A DNA stretch of 64,000 bases from Eledone cirrhosa. Its lineage: Eukaryota. Below the pieces are notes generated by a model. That model was not told where the DNA came from, searched no databases, and saw only the letters and a program-made list of their open reading frames with translations. The stretch lies in the NCBI GenBank assembly GCA_964016885.1, contig OZ024743.1, positions 276,396,001-276,460,000 on the forward strand, written 5' to 3'. The position numbers were made by a program, and so were the translations under genes. This document shows, one piece after another, positions 49,287 through 63,600 of the stretch (its first letter is position 1; each line of letters begins with the position of its first letter).

Positions 49287-49326
49287 TGTCCCCTTCTTTT
49301 GTGCCCCTGTGGCTAATAAAGAAATA
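49287..49326 (+). mobile_element. 40-nt Tx1 3' terminus inserted at the edge of (TATC)n with a 17-bp TSD
   Basis: tgtccccttcttttgtgcccctgtggctaataaagaaata flanked by tatctatccatatctct at 49270-49286 and 49327-49343. Confidence 0.9.
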
Positions 49327-49348
49327 TATCTATCCATATCTCTCTCTC

Positions 49349-49399
<51 letters not shown>

Positions 49400-49412
49400 G
49401 TATATATATATG

Positions 49413-49455
<43 letters not shown>

Positions 49456-49467
49456 ATACATACATAC

Positions 49468-49547
<80 letters not shown>

Positions 49548-49957
49548 CATATATACAGAATTCATAAAATTAGAAAAAAATAAAATAAAAGAAGAAAATT
49601 CATTAAACAACAAACATAAAGCCAAAAAAAAAAAAAAAGTCAACACGTCTTCTGATCTTGGTATATCATTTGATCCTGCAATGAACGCTGAACATGTGAC
49701 ATTTTGCCCAACCATCGAGGTCATGTGTGCCGCCAATTCGATTTACATGCCAAGAAATTGTTGCGATTTTTTCCAGACCAAAGTGAAATAGTTGCCTTGA
49801 TCATATGTCACCGTAAGGACCTTCAAATTATGCCAGTTTCCGCCTGCATAGAAATATATATATAGATATACACCTTAATACATTCATATATATATATATA
49901 TATATATACGTACATACCTACATTTACATATACATATACATACACATATACATATAC

Positions 49958-50036
<79 letters not shown>

Positions 50037-50733
50037 TATATATATATACACACACACATATATATACATACGTACACATATATATATACATACACATACA
50101 TACACACACACATATATACGCAAAAACAATCATACATACATATTTACATAGCTACGTACATACACGTAAACACACACACACATATATAGAGAGAGAGACA
50201 CCTAGATACATACATATTCAGTTACATGCAAACACATACATACATACATAATACTTACATACATACACACACACACATGCATACATACATACACACATAC
50301 ATACATACAAACACATGTATTCACAGGCATGCATACATACATACCTACATACATAATACCTACATACATACATAATACCTACATACATACATATATACAT
50401 ATATACATATACACATATATATATATTACACAGGCATGCTACATAAATTGTTATCTCATAAAACATCACGTTTTTTACCTTTGTTTTTTCCTTCTGTTTC
50501 CTTTCATCTCTCTATCACTCTTTCTGTCTGTCTTTCTTTCGTTGCTTTTTCTTTGGCTTTACTATATTCATTTAACCGTATGTTACATTTTATGGCTCAC
50601 GTCCGGACTCCCCCTCCCCCACTCACTCTCTCTCTCTCTCTCACACACACACAGGTGCATACTCACACATACATATATAAATACATGTTTCTGTGTTTTA
50701 ATTTGCTTGTCACAGAGCCTCTCTCCACCCCCC

Positions 50734-50805
<72 letters not shown>

Positions 50806-50838
50806 TATATATGTATATATGTATATATGTATATATAT

Positions 50839-50878
<40 letters not shown>

Positions 50879-50956
50879 TATATATAAAACGAAGGAAGTG
50901 TGGTAAGGACCATAACGCACCAGAGTGCTCAATACTTAGGGTAGTAGAGTGGGTAA

Positions 50957-51066
50957 TAGGAAAAAGTATGACCCCGACGGCAGAGCTCAAGCCGTTTCGA
51001 CGGCAATTTCCAGAAATAGCCGTCGAAACGGCTTGAGCTCTGCCCTCGGGGTCATACTTTTTCCTA
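50957..51066. repeat. 110-bp near-perfect palindrome built from the 3' half of an HHR
   Basis: Arms 50957-51010 / 51013-51066; contains gccgtc-GAAA-cggc ttgagctct gccg-UC. Confidence 0.85.
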
Positions 51067-51067
51067 A

Positions 51068-51177
<110 letters not shown>

Positions 51178-51317
51178 ATGAGTGTGTTTGTGTGCAAAAG
51201 TGAACGAAAATAACAAATCAAACAACACAGAACAATGAAAAAATATATTAGTTTAACGCTTGATATAGTAGGAAAAGAGTATTTACGTTTCGGGCACTAG
51301 AAGCGGTAGAGAATAAC

Positions 51318-51355
51318 TCTCGACGCGTTTCTGGCTTATGGCCATCATCAGGACA
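51318..51355 (-). ncRNA. Minimal hammerhead ribozyme (PLE-type)
   Basis: Minus: guc-CUGAUGA-uggc cauaa gcca-GAAA-cgcg-UC|gag; canonical core, palindromic stem III ACGCGU. Confidence 0.8.
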
Positions 51356-51494
51356 GGGCTTTCCTCGTCCTGCTCTCTGCTAGAATTTGATACAGCGAAA
51401 ATATATAGTTTTTATCGCCTACGTACATTGGCTGATCTGCACATAGAGCTGTCAGACCAGCTGAGCCTGAAAATAGAATTAAAGTTTTCACTCT

Positions 51495-51582
<88 letters not shown>

Positions 51583-51594
51583 CACACGCGCGCG

Positions 51595-51659
<65 letters not shown>

Positions 51660-51794
51660 TCTATACATATATATACATATATATATATTCTATATATATA
51701 TACATACATGACTATCCAGGAAGCTCAACCGTTAAGGTTGTCTTTTTTTCAGGGTATGTCAATATTTATTTATGAAACTAATCTGTATTGTATT

Positions 51795-51855
51795 TTATCT
51801 GATGAAAGCGCACCATAATTTGCCTTGGTGGCCCTTGAAATAGGTATAATAAAAT
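51795..51855 (+). ncRNA. Degenerate HHR-like core
   Basis: CUGAUGA-aag..cacca...tggtg...ctt-GAAA-tagGUA-taataaaa; 3' context matches 24761-24778. Confidence 0.45.
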
Positions 51856-51889
51856 AAATATGGTTTTATAAATATAGTTTCCATTTGTT

Positions 51890-52425
51890 AATATATTCTA
51901 TACATATATATATATATTCTATACATATATATATATATATTGTATACATATATATATATATATTGTATACATATATATATATATATTGTATACATATATA
52001 TATATATATATTCTATACATATATATATATATTCTATACATATATATATATATTCTATACATATATATATATATTGTATACATATATATATATATATTGT
52101 ATACATATATATATATATATATATATTGTATACATATATATATATATATATTCTATACATATATATATATATTCTATACATATATATATATATTCTATAC
52201 ATATATATATATATATATATTGTATACATATATATATATATATTGTATACATATATATATATATATATTCTATACATATATATATATATTCTATACATAT
52301 ATATATATATATTCTATACATATATATATATATTCTATACATATATATATATATATTCTATACATATATATATATATTCTATACATATATATATATATAT
52401 TCTATACATATATATATATATTCAG
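51890..52425. repeat. TA-rich minisatellite (tatt(c/g)tatacatatatata), followed by long (CA)n at 52512-52742
   Basis: Direct inspection. Confidence 0.92.
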
Positions 52426-52565
52426 AAAAATTACCATCATAATGAAAGAAAATCTACACATTCATGAGAGATTACACATATGTACAGACACAGGAACATG
52501 CGCATTAATGACCACACACACACACACACACCCATGCGCGCGCACACACACACACACGCACGCAC

Positions 52566-52745
<180 letters not shown>

Positions 52746-53144
52746 GCAGCAACATCACGATATTGGCGAATAGAAAGCTAATATCATTTTTGATACAAGC
52801 ATGTGTACGAGGGCTTTGATTGTGTCAATTTCTCAACATATATTCATCCATCCTTCCACCCATCCAGCTATGCCTCGATCCATCTCTCCAAGCATCCATT
52901 CATCCATCTATCTATCTATTTGTCTAACGTTAGACACTGATAACATTGAATGATATGGAATGACCTTTGAATTTTTAATGGTCATATAAGTGAAATTCGA
53001 TGGCCCCATGTCGTACAATGAAACATGGTCCTAGGTTTAGTTTGCTGCCTCTTTAACCCCCTACTTTTTGTTCTTGCTACAAAGTGGCAAAGCTTTTAAC
53101 TGAGCTCTGTTTTGAAGTTTGAAAATACTGACTTTGCAGTTCCA

Positions 53145-53330
53145 CAGACCTGCCAACCTCCAAAAACCCAAACGGTGAGTACCATGAAAAAAAGTGCCCC
53201 AAAACGGGGAGAAATGAGGCAAAATGGGGAGATTTTACATAATAAAAGCTATACCCATTTTCACAAGAGAAGACATCTCTCACTCACCCCAAAGTGAATG
53301 GGAAATCTCTCCGCCAGACGGGGAGAGTTA
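53145..53330. mobile_element. CAGACCTGCCAAC-TIR MITE copy, right TIR truncated
   Basis: Homology to other copies; flanking gtttgaaa(a)tactgacttt present on both sides. Confidence 0.8.
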
Positions 53331-53509
53331 GGTTTGAAATACTGACTTTTTGCACTTTTAAGTAGTTTTCTTTACTAAAAAAATATGTATTTGTTATGCC
53401 AAAGAAATAACTAAATAGTCTAATCATCATTGCCATTATAGTGATTATAGACGTTTAAGCAGGGAAATCAATTGAAACCTGAAACCAACTAGTTTCTTAT
53501 ACAAATAAC

Positions 53510-53700
53510 AATTTCTGACATTGGCACCAGGCCACCAATTTGAGGAAGGGGAATGTCGAATATATTGACCTCAGTACTTAACTAATACTTTATTTTATCT
53601 AACCTAGAAGGATGTAAAGTTGACCTCGGCGGGATTTGCACTCAGAACATAGAATGTCGTAAGTAAATGCTGCAAAACATTTTGTCTGACGCTTCTCCTC
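53510..53700 (-). mobile_element. SINE family B
   Basis: aaagttgacctcggcgggatttgcactcagaac. Confidence 0.75.
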
Positions 53701-53812
53701 TTTAGAAATAAAGCCTTACAAACACTCTACCCCTCCCCCACATATACCTCTTTCCCACGACACACATATTATATATATATATATGTCTTTGTGTATATGT
53801 ATTTATGTATAT

Positions 53813-53913
<101 letters not shown>

Positions 53914-54017
53914 GTAAGTTATTCCGGGTTGAATCGGAGGTAACCACAGTAAGTAAGGTACTCCATACATAGCAGAGTATAAAAGTTTTAATATAGATGA
54001 GATTCTCTCTCCCCCCG

Positions 54018-54136
<119 letters not shown>

Positions 54137-54137
54137 G

Positions 54138-54740
54138 TCAGGTCACCACTTGGTGCTACTGGTAACATGTATCCCAGTACAACCTGTCTCATGGTTGGGT
54201 CGTTGGCGACTAAACTGGCAACCCCACCAAGGTTTCTTGGTGAGGAGGGTGACTTTGGACATCCAGCAGGACTAAAAACAAAACCTGTCAAAGGGCAAAG
54301 GAGCTCTTAAGAGTCAATGGCCATCCAAAATCACCGGGAGAGATGACCCCTTAGCCTTTGTCAAGGCAGAATTCTAGGCGAAGGGAAACTCTGATATAAC
54401 ACCTCCAACCCTGATGGTATCCAATGATGTTGACTTGTTCTTCTTTTTGGTAAATATCATCTTGGTTAAGAGAGTGGGACTGGCTTTGTGCAGAGCCTTT
54501 GCTCACTATAAAAGCTTCACGGCACAGGCATTGCTTTATATCTGGAGATCTCTCTGCACTTGTCGTCACATGGTACCATGAGCCCATCACTATGTGTCAA
54601 TAATTGTCACAAGTGTAGTGTTTGTACCAGAGTTTTCAAGTCGCTGGCTGGACTAAAAAGTCACACTTGTTCAGCGCATCGGTAGGGGTTCTCCTACATG
54701 GATATAAAGTAGTGGCCGTACTCAAAAACGAGTTGGCAGG
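54138..54740 (+). mobile_element. Interspersed repeat, probable LINE (RTE-like) 5' UTR fragment between (TA)n tracts
   Basis: Homology to 48250-48520; ctaggcgaagggaaactctgatataa motif. Confidence 0.5.
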
Positions 54741-54811
54741 CACCATATATGTATATATGTATATATATATGTATATATGTATATATATATGTATATATGT
54801 ATATATATATG

Positions 54812-55005
<194 letters not shown>

Positions 55006-55128
55006 TTCTCCGAGGGTTCTTAACCCCACTATCAGGCTAAATAATTTCTTTAATTTCTTTAGTCAAAATACGGCGATAGCTTACATTTCTAATAATTTCT
55101 AACCCACTCGCTGTTTCGAAAATATTCT

Positions 55129-55232
<104 letters not shown>

Positions 55233-55282
55233 TTTACATATACATGTGTATATATATACATGCGTATACACACACACACACG

Positions 55283-55316
<34 letters not shown>

Positions 55317-55528
55317 TATACATATATACACACATACATACGTATATACACATACATATACATATATATATACACACATACACATACATACACACACATA
55401 TATATATATACATATACACACACACATACATATAATAAATACATACATACACATATATATGTACACATACACATATATATATATACGTATACACATACAT
55501 ATACACATACATATATATATATATAAAT

Positions 55529-55578
<50 letters not shown>

Positions 55579-55609
55579 TCATATATATATATAAATACAT
55601 ATACACACA

Positions 55610-55650
<41 letters not shown>

Positions 55651-55664
55651 GCATATATACACAC

Positions 55665-55772
<108 letters not shown>

Positions 55773-56150
55773 GAGTGACTATTTTAAGGCAACGAAGATA
55801 AAGAAATATTTTTAAGAAAACATTATCATCTGTCCTTTCTCTATTAACATATATTCTCTGCAAGTTCCTTCTTTTCTTTCTCCATCATATTTTCATAACA
55901 TTTATCTTCCTATTATAATTTTTGTTATCATTATTATTATTATCCTTCACCATTTTTGAATTTTCCCTTTCCAATACTTTTGTTTTGTTTTGTTAGTTTA
56001 ATTTTTTTTTTTTCGATCAGAAAACTCATAAATCAAATCAGTGATAATTTTTTTCTTTTTTTAAAAATATATTTCATATTTTATATATTTCTTTACACCC
56101 CCCCCCCACGCACACACCCACATACACACACACACACACACACACACATA

Positions 56151-56197
<47 letters not shown>

Positions 56198-56715
56198 ACA
56201 CATACGCGCGCTTTTTTAATTTTATGTATTAAAACATTCACTGGAATGTCTTAGAGAGCTGATAACATTGTGTTGTGTTTTTTTTCTTATTTTATTTTAT
56301 ATTTATTTTATATTTATTTTATTTTATTCTATTTTACTCTATATTTCCTTATTCAGCAATTAGATTGATTCTTGCGATAAAAAGCCAAATTACAACCATT
56401 TAGGCCCGTTTAGAAATTCGTCCATGAATACGAAATCTCCAAGACATCTTATGACTGCCACATGGATAATTAAAGATAGATATTGTTTCTATTGGTACTT
56501 TAGCTTCTCATTGTTTCTTGTACTAAACCACGCGACTTTAGGAAAATAATAATACCATTTTTTTTGTTTTACCTTTTTAAATATCTTTTGGTTATCGTTT
56601 TGAAACACAAAGTTTTTTAAACAAGGAACCTGGTTATTGTTTTGTTTTTGTTTGTTTGTTTTATTTGTTTTATTTGTAGTAGTAGTAGTGGTAGTGGCGG
56701 TGGTGGTGGTGGTGC

Positions 56716-56776
<61 letters not shown>

Positions 56777-56840
56777 TATTGTTATTAATCTTAGCATAGA
56801 TTTGGTGCAAATGGTATATTTTTAGATCAGAATGTAAACC

Positions 56841-56841
<1 letters not shown>

Positions 56842-56871
<30 letters not shown>

Positions 56872-57060
56872 TCTGAGAGGATCGTGGGGGCAGAGTCCTC
56901 AAACATTCCTTCCAGCGGGTCCTGTCAGAAGCAACCGTCTCCAACTGGTCCGGCTGGATCCCCAAGCGAGATCAGCCAATGAATAGTGCGGCCCCTCCCC
57001 CCCGGATGCAGCACAGCCGACCAAATATTCACACTGGCAGGTCTTCGAGAAATCGTGAGT
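56842..57060 (-). mobile_element. RTE-group (Rex3/Expander-like) LINE 3' end with (GAA)n tail
   Basis: Minus translation GIQPDQLETVASDRTRWKECLRTLPPRSSQ running into (GAA)n. Confidence 0.6.
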
Positions 57061-57562
57061 ATAACCAAGGGGTATATTCTTATTTTGTAAAACAGTTTTC
57101 GTTTTCGAAAAAACCTTTAAATATTGGTACCGTTCTTTTTGTTGTTGTTGTTAAAACCAAGTAGAACTTTGATGACTAGCGTTCCAATCATGACATTCCA
57201 TACGTTTCTTGCAGATTCATGTTTACCCTATCTAATGTCTGAACGATGTGGTATTTTTTTTTGTTTGTACTTTTCTTCTACTTTCATCATTTCGGTATCG
57301 GTAAAATAAACATGGATAATATATTGGTTTATTGATTTCTAATTTAGGCACAAGGCCAGAAAAATTAGTGTGTATGTGTGTGTGTGAGGGGTGGGGGATG
57401 GGGGTGGAAGGGTGATTAAATCCACCCCAGTACTTGACTGATACTTTATTTTATCGGAACGATGAACTCAGAATGTAAAGAGTCGGAACAAACACCCCAA
57501 TGGTATTTTATCGGACGCTCTACCAGTTCTACCAATCCACTTCACTTGAGTATCAATAAATA

Positions 57563-57900
57563 CCAGGGTCGGCTGAAAGATTCATAGGCTGACCAAGATA
57601 CTCTCATGGAATTAACAAATGAGGTTTATTTTTCAACATAGTTACTGGAGAAACAATGCAGTTATTAATAAGAAGAGCTGAAATTAATGCATGCACGATT
57701 TCACAGCTCTTGCATCACTCCTTCATAAGCTGACCAAGATACTCTCATGGAATACCGAATGAGGTTTATTTTTCAACATAGTCCCTGGAAAGAAACAATG
57801 CAGTTATTAATAAGAAGAGTTGAAATTAATGCATGCAAGATTTCACAGCTCTAGCATCACTCCGTCATAGTCAGTCTATGAACTTTTCAGCCGTCTCTCG
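57563..57900. mobile_element. mariner-type MITE with internal ~140-bp tandem duplication
   Basis: TIR c.agggtcggctgaaagattcataggctgac / gtcagtctatgaacttttcagccgtctctcg, TA flanks; gctgaccaagatactctcatggaat... twice. Confidence 0.85.
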
Positions 57901-58519
57901 TATATTGTAACCGATTTAACCGTCTATATACGATGTTTGATAATGATGTACTTGGCACTCAATGTGGTTTTTAAGATCTTCCCCAACCCTTCTTTATTAG
58001 TCTTCTTGAATTTTATCACTTAAGCTTTCATTTTCTTCAGTTTCTCCTCATCATCCCACAGCGCACTAAAATATTTAAACCCCTTGCATTGCCTCACTAA
58101 TTTTATTGCCTTTCTTATTTCATAGCTCTTATTACTTTATCTTTTGTTATTCTATTACTGTATCACACTATCACGTGTTCCAGCCGACAGGCTGAGGCCA
58201 CACTGGGCTTCCATTCATTCTTCAACACAATCATGGCACTTTATTCCATACCAAACTGCATTTCAATGTATGTACTGAAATTTCTATTACCCTGTAGCAA
58301 AAATTCCAAATGCTTCTCACTTTTGGTGTGTAATGAAATGGACCTCCGTCAGTTTGGACGATGAGTGTTTCAGTTCTATCAAGAGAACAGTTTTGCCGCG
58401 AAATTAATGTTAAATCTTGTTGAAGCAACCGAATATTATTTATTCCTTCAGTAAAATATTGGTTATATACTAGTTCTAATATAAACCAGGACGGAGGTTT
58501 TAAGAAACGTACAATAATG

Positions 58520-59410
58520 ATTCCAAGGTCAACTATTTTGGAGAAGGGGAATGTCGATTAAATCGACCCCAGTTCCTTACTAGTACTTTATTTTATCAAC
58601 CCCGTAAGGATAAAAGGTAAAGATAACTTCAGCGGGATTTGAACTCAGAGTAAACTCTATGCCGCAAAGCATATTATTCGACGCTCTACCGACTCTGCCA
58701 CTCTAACGCCCAATAATGCCTCTAATTTATAAGTAATACCATCAAATTTGTAAAAAGGAGAAAGTCGATTAACTCAACCATGACTACTTATTTATTTTAT
58801 CGATCTCGGAAGGATGAAAGGCAAAAATGGCTCTGGCGGGATTTACACTCAGAACATAGAAAGTCGTAATTAAATACCGCAAAACATTTTGTTCGACGCT
58901 TTACCGATACTACTAATGCGCTATCCTCAGAATTATATTTTAATTTTGACAGAAGACCAGCAATTATGGGGAGGAGGGAAGGTCAATTATACTTATCCCA
59001 GTAGTTGACTGGTACTGTATTTTATCAACTTAGGAAGGATGAAAGACAAAGTTGACTTCGGCAGGATTTGAACTGAGACCGTAAAGAACCAGGACAAAAC
59101 ATAAGTATATCTACTTGTGTTTTGTCCTGGTTCTTTACGTTCTGAGGTCAAATCCTGCCAAAACCAACTTTGTCTTTCATTCTTCCTAAGTCTTTTGTTT
59201 TTCATTCTATTGCGGTCAATAAAATAAAGTACCCGTGAAATACTGGGGTCGATATAATCGACCATACTATCTGTTTCTGGTGTATTCTGTTTTTCTTTTT
59301 GTTTTACGTTTTGAGTTCAAATTCCACTGAGGCCAACTTTCCCCGTCATCCTTCGACTTTCTCTTTATACCCAAATTGTTAGCTTTGTGGTAAAATTAGA
59401 AACCAATTAT
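58520..59410. mobile_element. Cluster of ~5 SINE family B copies, including a head-to-head inverted pair (59028-59191)
   Basis: Repeated ggatgaaag.caaagttgac.tcggc.ggatttgaactcaga on both strands. Confidence 0.8.
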
Positions 59411-59439
59411 TATACAAGGTTAGGTAACGTTGTGATAGA

Positions 59440-59750
59440 ACGGCTCTGCGATTTCTATGCTGGCTGAAAAATGTGTACACGAATCTCGGTAAATCTGATG
59501 TTTGGCGAATATTCTTTAGGCTGAACACATGTTTTTAAGTGTAATGCACCTCTCATGGCTGCTTCTGGGTTGACTAGGACAACCTAGTAGCAAAACGCTA
59601 GAAAAAGTGGAAAAGATTCGTTAACTCATCCTTAATGACCGCCACTGAACAATCCAGCAAGTTTCCTCAAATGACTGGAGTCAGTTATGGAGTCTTCTGG
59701 GAAATTCTAACTGAAAATCTGAACATGTATTGTGACTCTGCGATGCTTAA
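59440..59750 (+). pseudogene. mariner transposase N-terminal (HTH) fragment
   Basis: FGEYSLG*THVFK, GQPSSKTLEKVEKIR*LILNDRH*TIQQ, GVSYGVFWEILTENLNM resemble the mariner GRP...DRR.T...GIS.GS...IL...L.M region. Confidence 0.65.
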
Positions 59751-59815
59751 TTTCCGTACTCATTTGACCTAGCACGTGTTTTTTAAGACGGTAGATGAAA
59801 TTCAGACAAAATCAG

Positions 59816-59875
<60 letters not shown>

Positions 59876-60337
59876 GGATTAACATTCTCGCATGCTCCGA
59901 AGATCTGACTGGTTATAATTCTGTATTGGCGATCGAGTAACGCAAAATTAAGCGAATAGCGATCTCTAGACATACCAGTTCAGTGAAACAAATGTAATTA
60001 AAAACTTTTTTGTATAGCAAACCATGTAAACCTTCTTTCCTGATATATATATATATATGTTTCTATGGGTTTATATGTGCGCATATCGGTGGTGTGGAGA
60101 GGGAAGACTGGGCGACTACTTGTCTGCCACAAAGAAACTTTGCCCAGGATTATGCCTCGAAGGGAAACTTTCTACGTGCCAAACCATGGTCATTAGTGAC
60201 CGATGGGGGCCATTAACCTATAATCTATACAAATGCATATGCGTGTGTGCTTGTGGATATACGTGTTTTGTATAAGATCCTATTCGTATTTATATATATA
60301 AATATATACATATATAAATACGAATAGTATTTATTAT

Positions 60338-60630
60338 GTGGCTTAGTGGTTAGGCTGTTTGGTTAACAATCGTAAAATCGTGCGTTCGGTTCCCGATTGT
60401 GCGTTGAACAAAATTTATTTTCCGTTTCTCCAGACCACGCGGCTAGTAAAAATGAGTTGTACCCGTTATTCAAGGCGCGAGTTTGCCATACATTGTATCA
60501 TACTGAATCTTCCTGAGACTTACATTTGTGTCTGTGGAATTTTCAGGCACTTGCGCGTAAATTTCATGAGGAGGCTGTTTCGTTGATCGAACCAAATTGC
60601 ACACTCATCGTCGGAACTGACGGAGTTCCA
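60338..60630 (+). mobile_element. SINE family A (CORE-like), diverged
   Basis: gtggcttagtggttaggctgtttgg...gttcggttcccg; body homologous to 8305-8568. Confidence 0.75.
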
Positions 60631-60901
60631 AAACATTTATAAGTACGGACATATTTATATGTATGGGTATGGATATTTATATATAGAATGCAAGACATAT
60701 TAACCTTTAGATGGCCTGATTTTTAGTCGCACCAAATTTAAAACTATAAAATATCACTTAAAACATCCCATTTCCCTACACGAAATACTATACAAGAAGC
60801 ACCCGTTCACACATACTAAGAAATAATAAGCATTTTAGACGAAAACCATAAATGTCAGGGTCAAATATATATATATGTATATATATATATACATATATAT
60901 A

Positions 60902-60968
<67 letters not shown>

Positions 60969-60996
60969 ATACATATATATTGTGTATATATATATG

Positions 60997-61089
<93 letters not shown>

Positions 61090-61155
61090 ATGTATGTGTG
61101 TGTATATACGTATATATATATCGTGTATATATATATATATATATATATAAATATA

Positions 61156-61235
<80 letters not shown>

Positions 61236-61934
61236 CATCAACCACACTCTCAATTAAATCTCTTCGCGAAAATTCCCACTGTTAGAAACACCCCTAATTC
61301 CTGCAAAATATCTTTTTATTTCCTATTTATTAGTTTTAACATATAACTGCATACATTGTTTCACCTCAGGGGGCCTCACAGATATTTTTCACAGAAAAGC
61401 TTTTCCGTCTGTTTGTTATATATGTAGGATTTTGTTATCTATACTCCTTTTTTCTCACAAATAGCTATGTTCCCATATGTGGAAATTATGAGAACCACCA
61501 ACTTGTTTTCAGCGGGACCCGAATAGATCCAAACCGATATATATATAAGCCAGCTTTGAATAGTATATCATCAGCTGCCTGAGTATTGGGAACGAGAAAC
61601 TCCGAGTAATAACTCACACAGACACATCATTGAATGCATACATACATACACGTCGATTCTTTCTCTATATCTCTTTCTCACTTCCTTTCTTTATCTCACT
61701 CTCTGTCCTTCTCTGGAAGACATCTATTGTATTCAGACCTAGTGAGGAGATGGGCTCTACCAGGTTTAATCAAAATGCCCTATAAACGACGATTATCAAT
61801 ATGGTGCCCTCACAACTCCCTCAGGAGTTACGGGTCCACATACACACACACACACATATACGGGGTGTCCCCAAAAATTTATAAATAATATTTATTAGAA
61901 TGCATACATTTGTGTATACATTTTTGGGGACATC

Positions 61935-62009
<75 letters not shown>

Positions 62010-62085
62010 TGGTAAACTGATTCGCTGAGACATACGACTTGGCAGGGATAGCTGCGCTGCTCGTCACTTCTGTTCCCCAGGCCAT
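62010..62085 (+). mobile_element. PLE GIY-YIG fragment (inverted homologue of 62977-63050)
   Basis: gagacatacgacttggcagggatagc..cgctgctcgtcacttc.gttc..caggcca. Confidence 0.75.
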
Positions 62086-62164
62086 ATATAAGTTTAAAAT
62101 GACCATAACGGGTCCATATCAACATATATATTATGCTTACATTATATATATATATATATATAAT

Positions 62165-62340
62165 TGTTTCTACTTTAGGCACAAGGCCAGCAATTATCCT
62201 AGTGCGTTACTGGTACTTTATTTTATCGACCCCGTAAGGATGAAAGGCAAAGTTAACCTCGGCGGGATTTGAACTCAGATCATAAAGGGACGTAACTATG
62301 CTGGAAAGCATGGCGTCCGACCCTCTACCGATACTGCCAG
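62165..62340 (-). mobile_element. SINE family B, bracketed by a 45-bp inverted repeat (62090-62134 / 62346-62390)
   Basis: Core nearly identical to 22390-22500; flanking arms are reverse complements with 1 mismatch. Confidence 0.8.
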
Positions 62341-62459
62341 TAAGTATAATATATATGTTTATATGGACCCGTTATGGTCATTTTAAACTTGACAGAACCT
62401 ATCACTCTCCCAGTATGAACATGGCCGTTTCTACCAGATATGTATAGAGAGTGATAATG

Positions 62460-62946
62460 AGGAAGCGAGAAAGAGATATAGAGGAATAATCGACCCTAGT
62501 ACTTGACTGGTACTTTTTTATCGACCTCGAAAAGATGAAAGGCAACGTTGACCTCAGTGGCACTTGAAGATAGTTTAGCGGGAGTTACAGCGGTTAGTTT
62601 ACGGTATTTTCTGAGTGTTTGGTTTACGTGTTAAAACAATCAGCTGTCTTATTTGCACAAAAAATATCTGTGTAATTTACAGTATATATATATATATCTG
62701 TGTAATTTACAGTAAATATATATATATATATATATATATATTTATTTGTGCAAATAAGACAGCTGATTGTTTTAACACGTAAACCAAACACTCAGAAAAT
62801 ACCGTAAACTAACCGCTGTAACTCCCGCTAAACTATCTTCAAGTGCCACTGAGGTCAACGTTGCCTTTCATCTTTTCGAGGTCGATAAAAAAGTACCAGT
62901 CAAGTACTAGGGTCGATTATTCCTCTATATCTCTTTCTCGCTTCCT
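62460..62946. repeat. 202-bp apparently perfect inverted repeat with 83-bp TA-rich spacer
   Basis: 62460-62661 is the reverse complement of 62745-62946. Confidence 0.92.
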
Positions 62947-62957
62947 ATATATATATA

Positions 62958-63600
62958 TTGAGACATGTAGAGAAGTGTGGCCTGAAGAACGGAAGTGACG
63001 AGCAGCGGGGCTATCCCTGCCAAGTCGTATGTCTCTGCGAGTCTGTTTAGCAGACAGCGGCCTGTTTGTCCAATGTATAAAGACTCGCAAAGGAAACACC
63101 GGAGGGCATAGAAAACGTTGACGGGAGTGCAGGTGTTACAGCGGGGGTGAAAACTAGGACGGGAGCCAGGTGGAGTCCAATTGGAGGAAAGGTAGGCGAT
63201 TACGGAGGTGAGAAGTGACGGGGTCAGAAGAGAGGGTGCGGAAGTAAAGGAGGATATGGCGCCGGAGAGGTAGATGGTGGTGTGGTAAGTGTAGGGGAAA
63301 GGAAAGCGGATGTTTGAGGGGAAGGTGATCGCGGAGTGAGAGGGCTGTTGTGATATGGTCGGTTTCACGGGCGCGGGCGTGAACAGCTTGGACCAGGGTG
63401 GGGGAATATCCACGCAGTATGAAGCGGAAGGCTATGTGTTGGGATTGGGTCTCGAAATCGCTGTCTTGGCTACAGAGCTGACATAGACGGAGGAATTGTG
63501 AGTAGGGTATGGAGAGTTTGGTGTGGTTTGGTGACTAAAGTTGAGATAGGTGTGGGTTTATAGAAGATGGAAGATGTGAGGTTTGGTGGCTGGGAGGAGG
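62958..63600 (-). mobile_element. Penelope-like element fragment (RT thumb, Cys linker, GIY-YIG)
   Basis: SIFYKPT, HTKLSIPYSQFLRL, PRCNTC, FYALRCFLCESLYIGQTGRCLLNRLAE, DIRLGRDSPAARHF. Confidence 0.85.

Noticed and set aside
61345-61385. HHR-like ctg-tga ggcc...ggt gaaacaatgta on the minus strand
   Set aside because: Core lacks a conserved base and stems are weak; cannot be distinguished from chance
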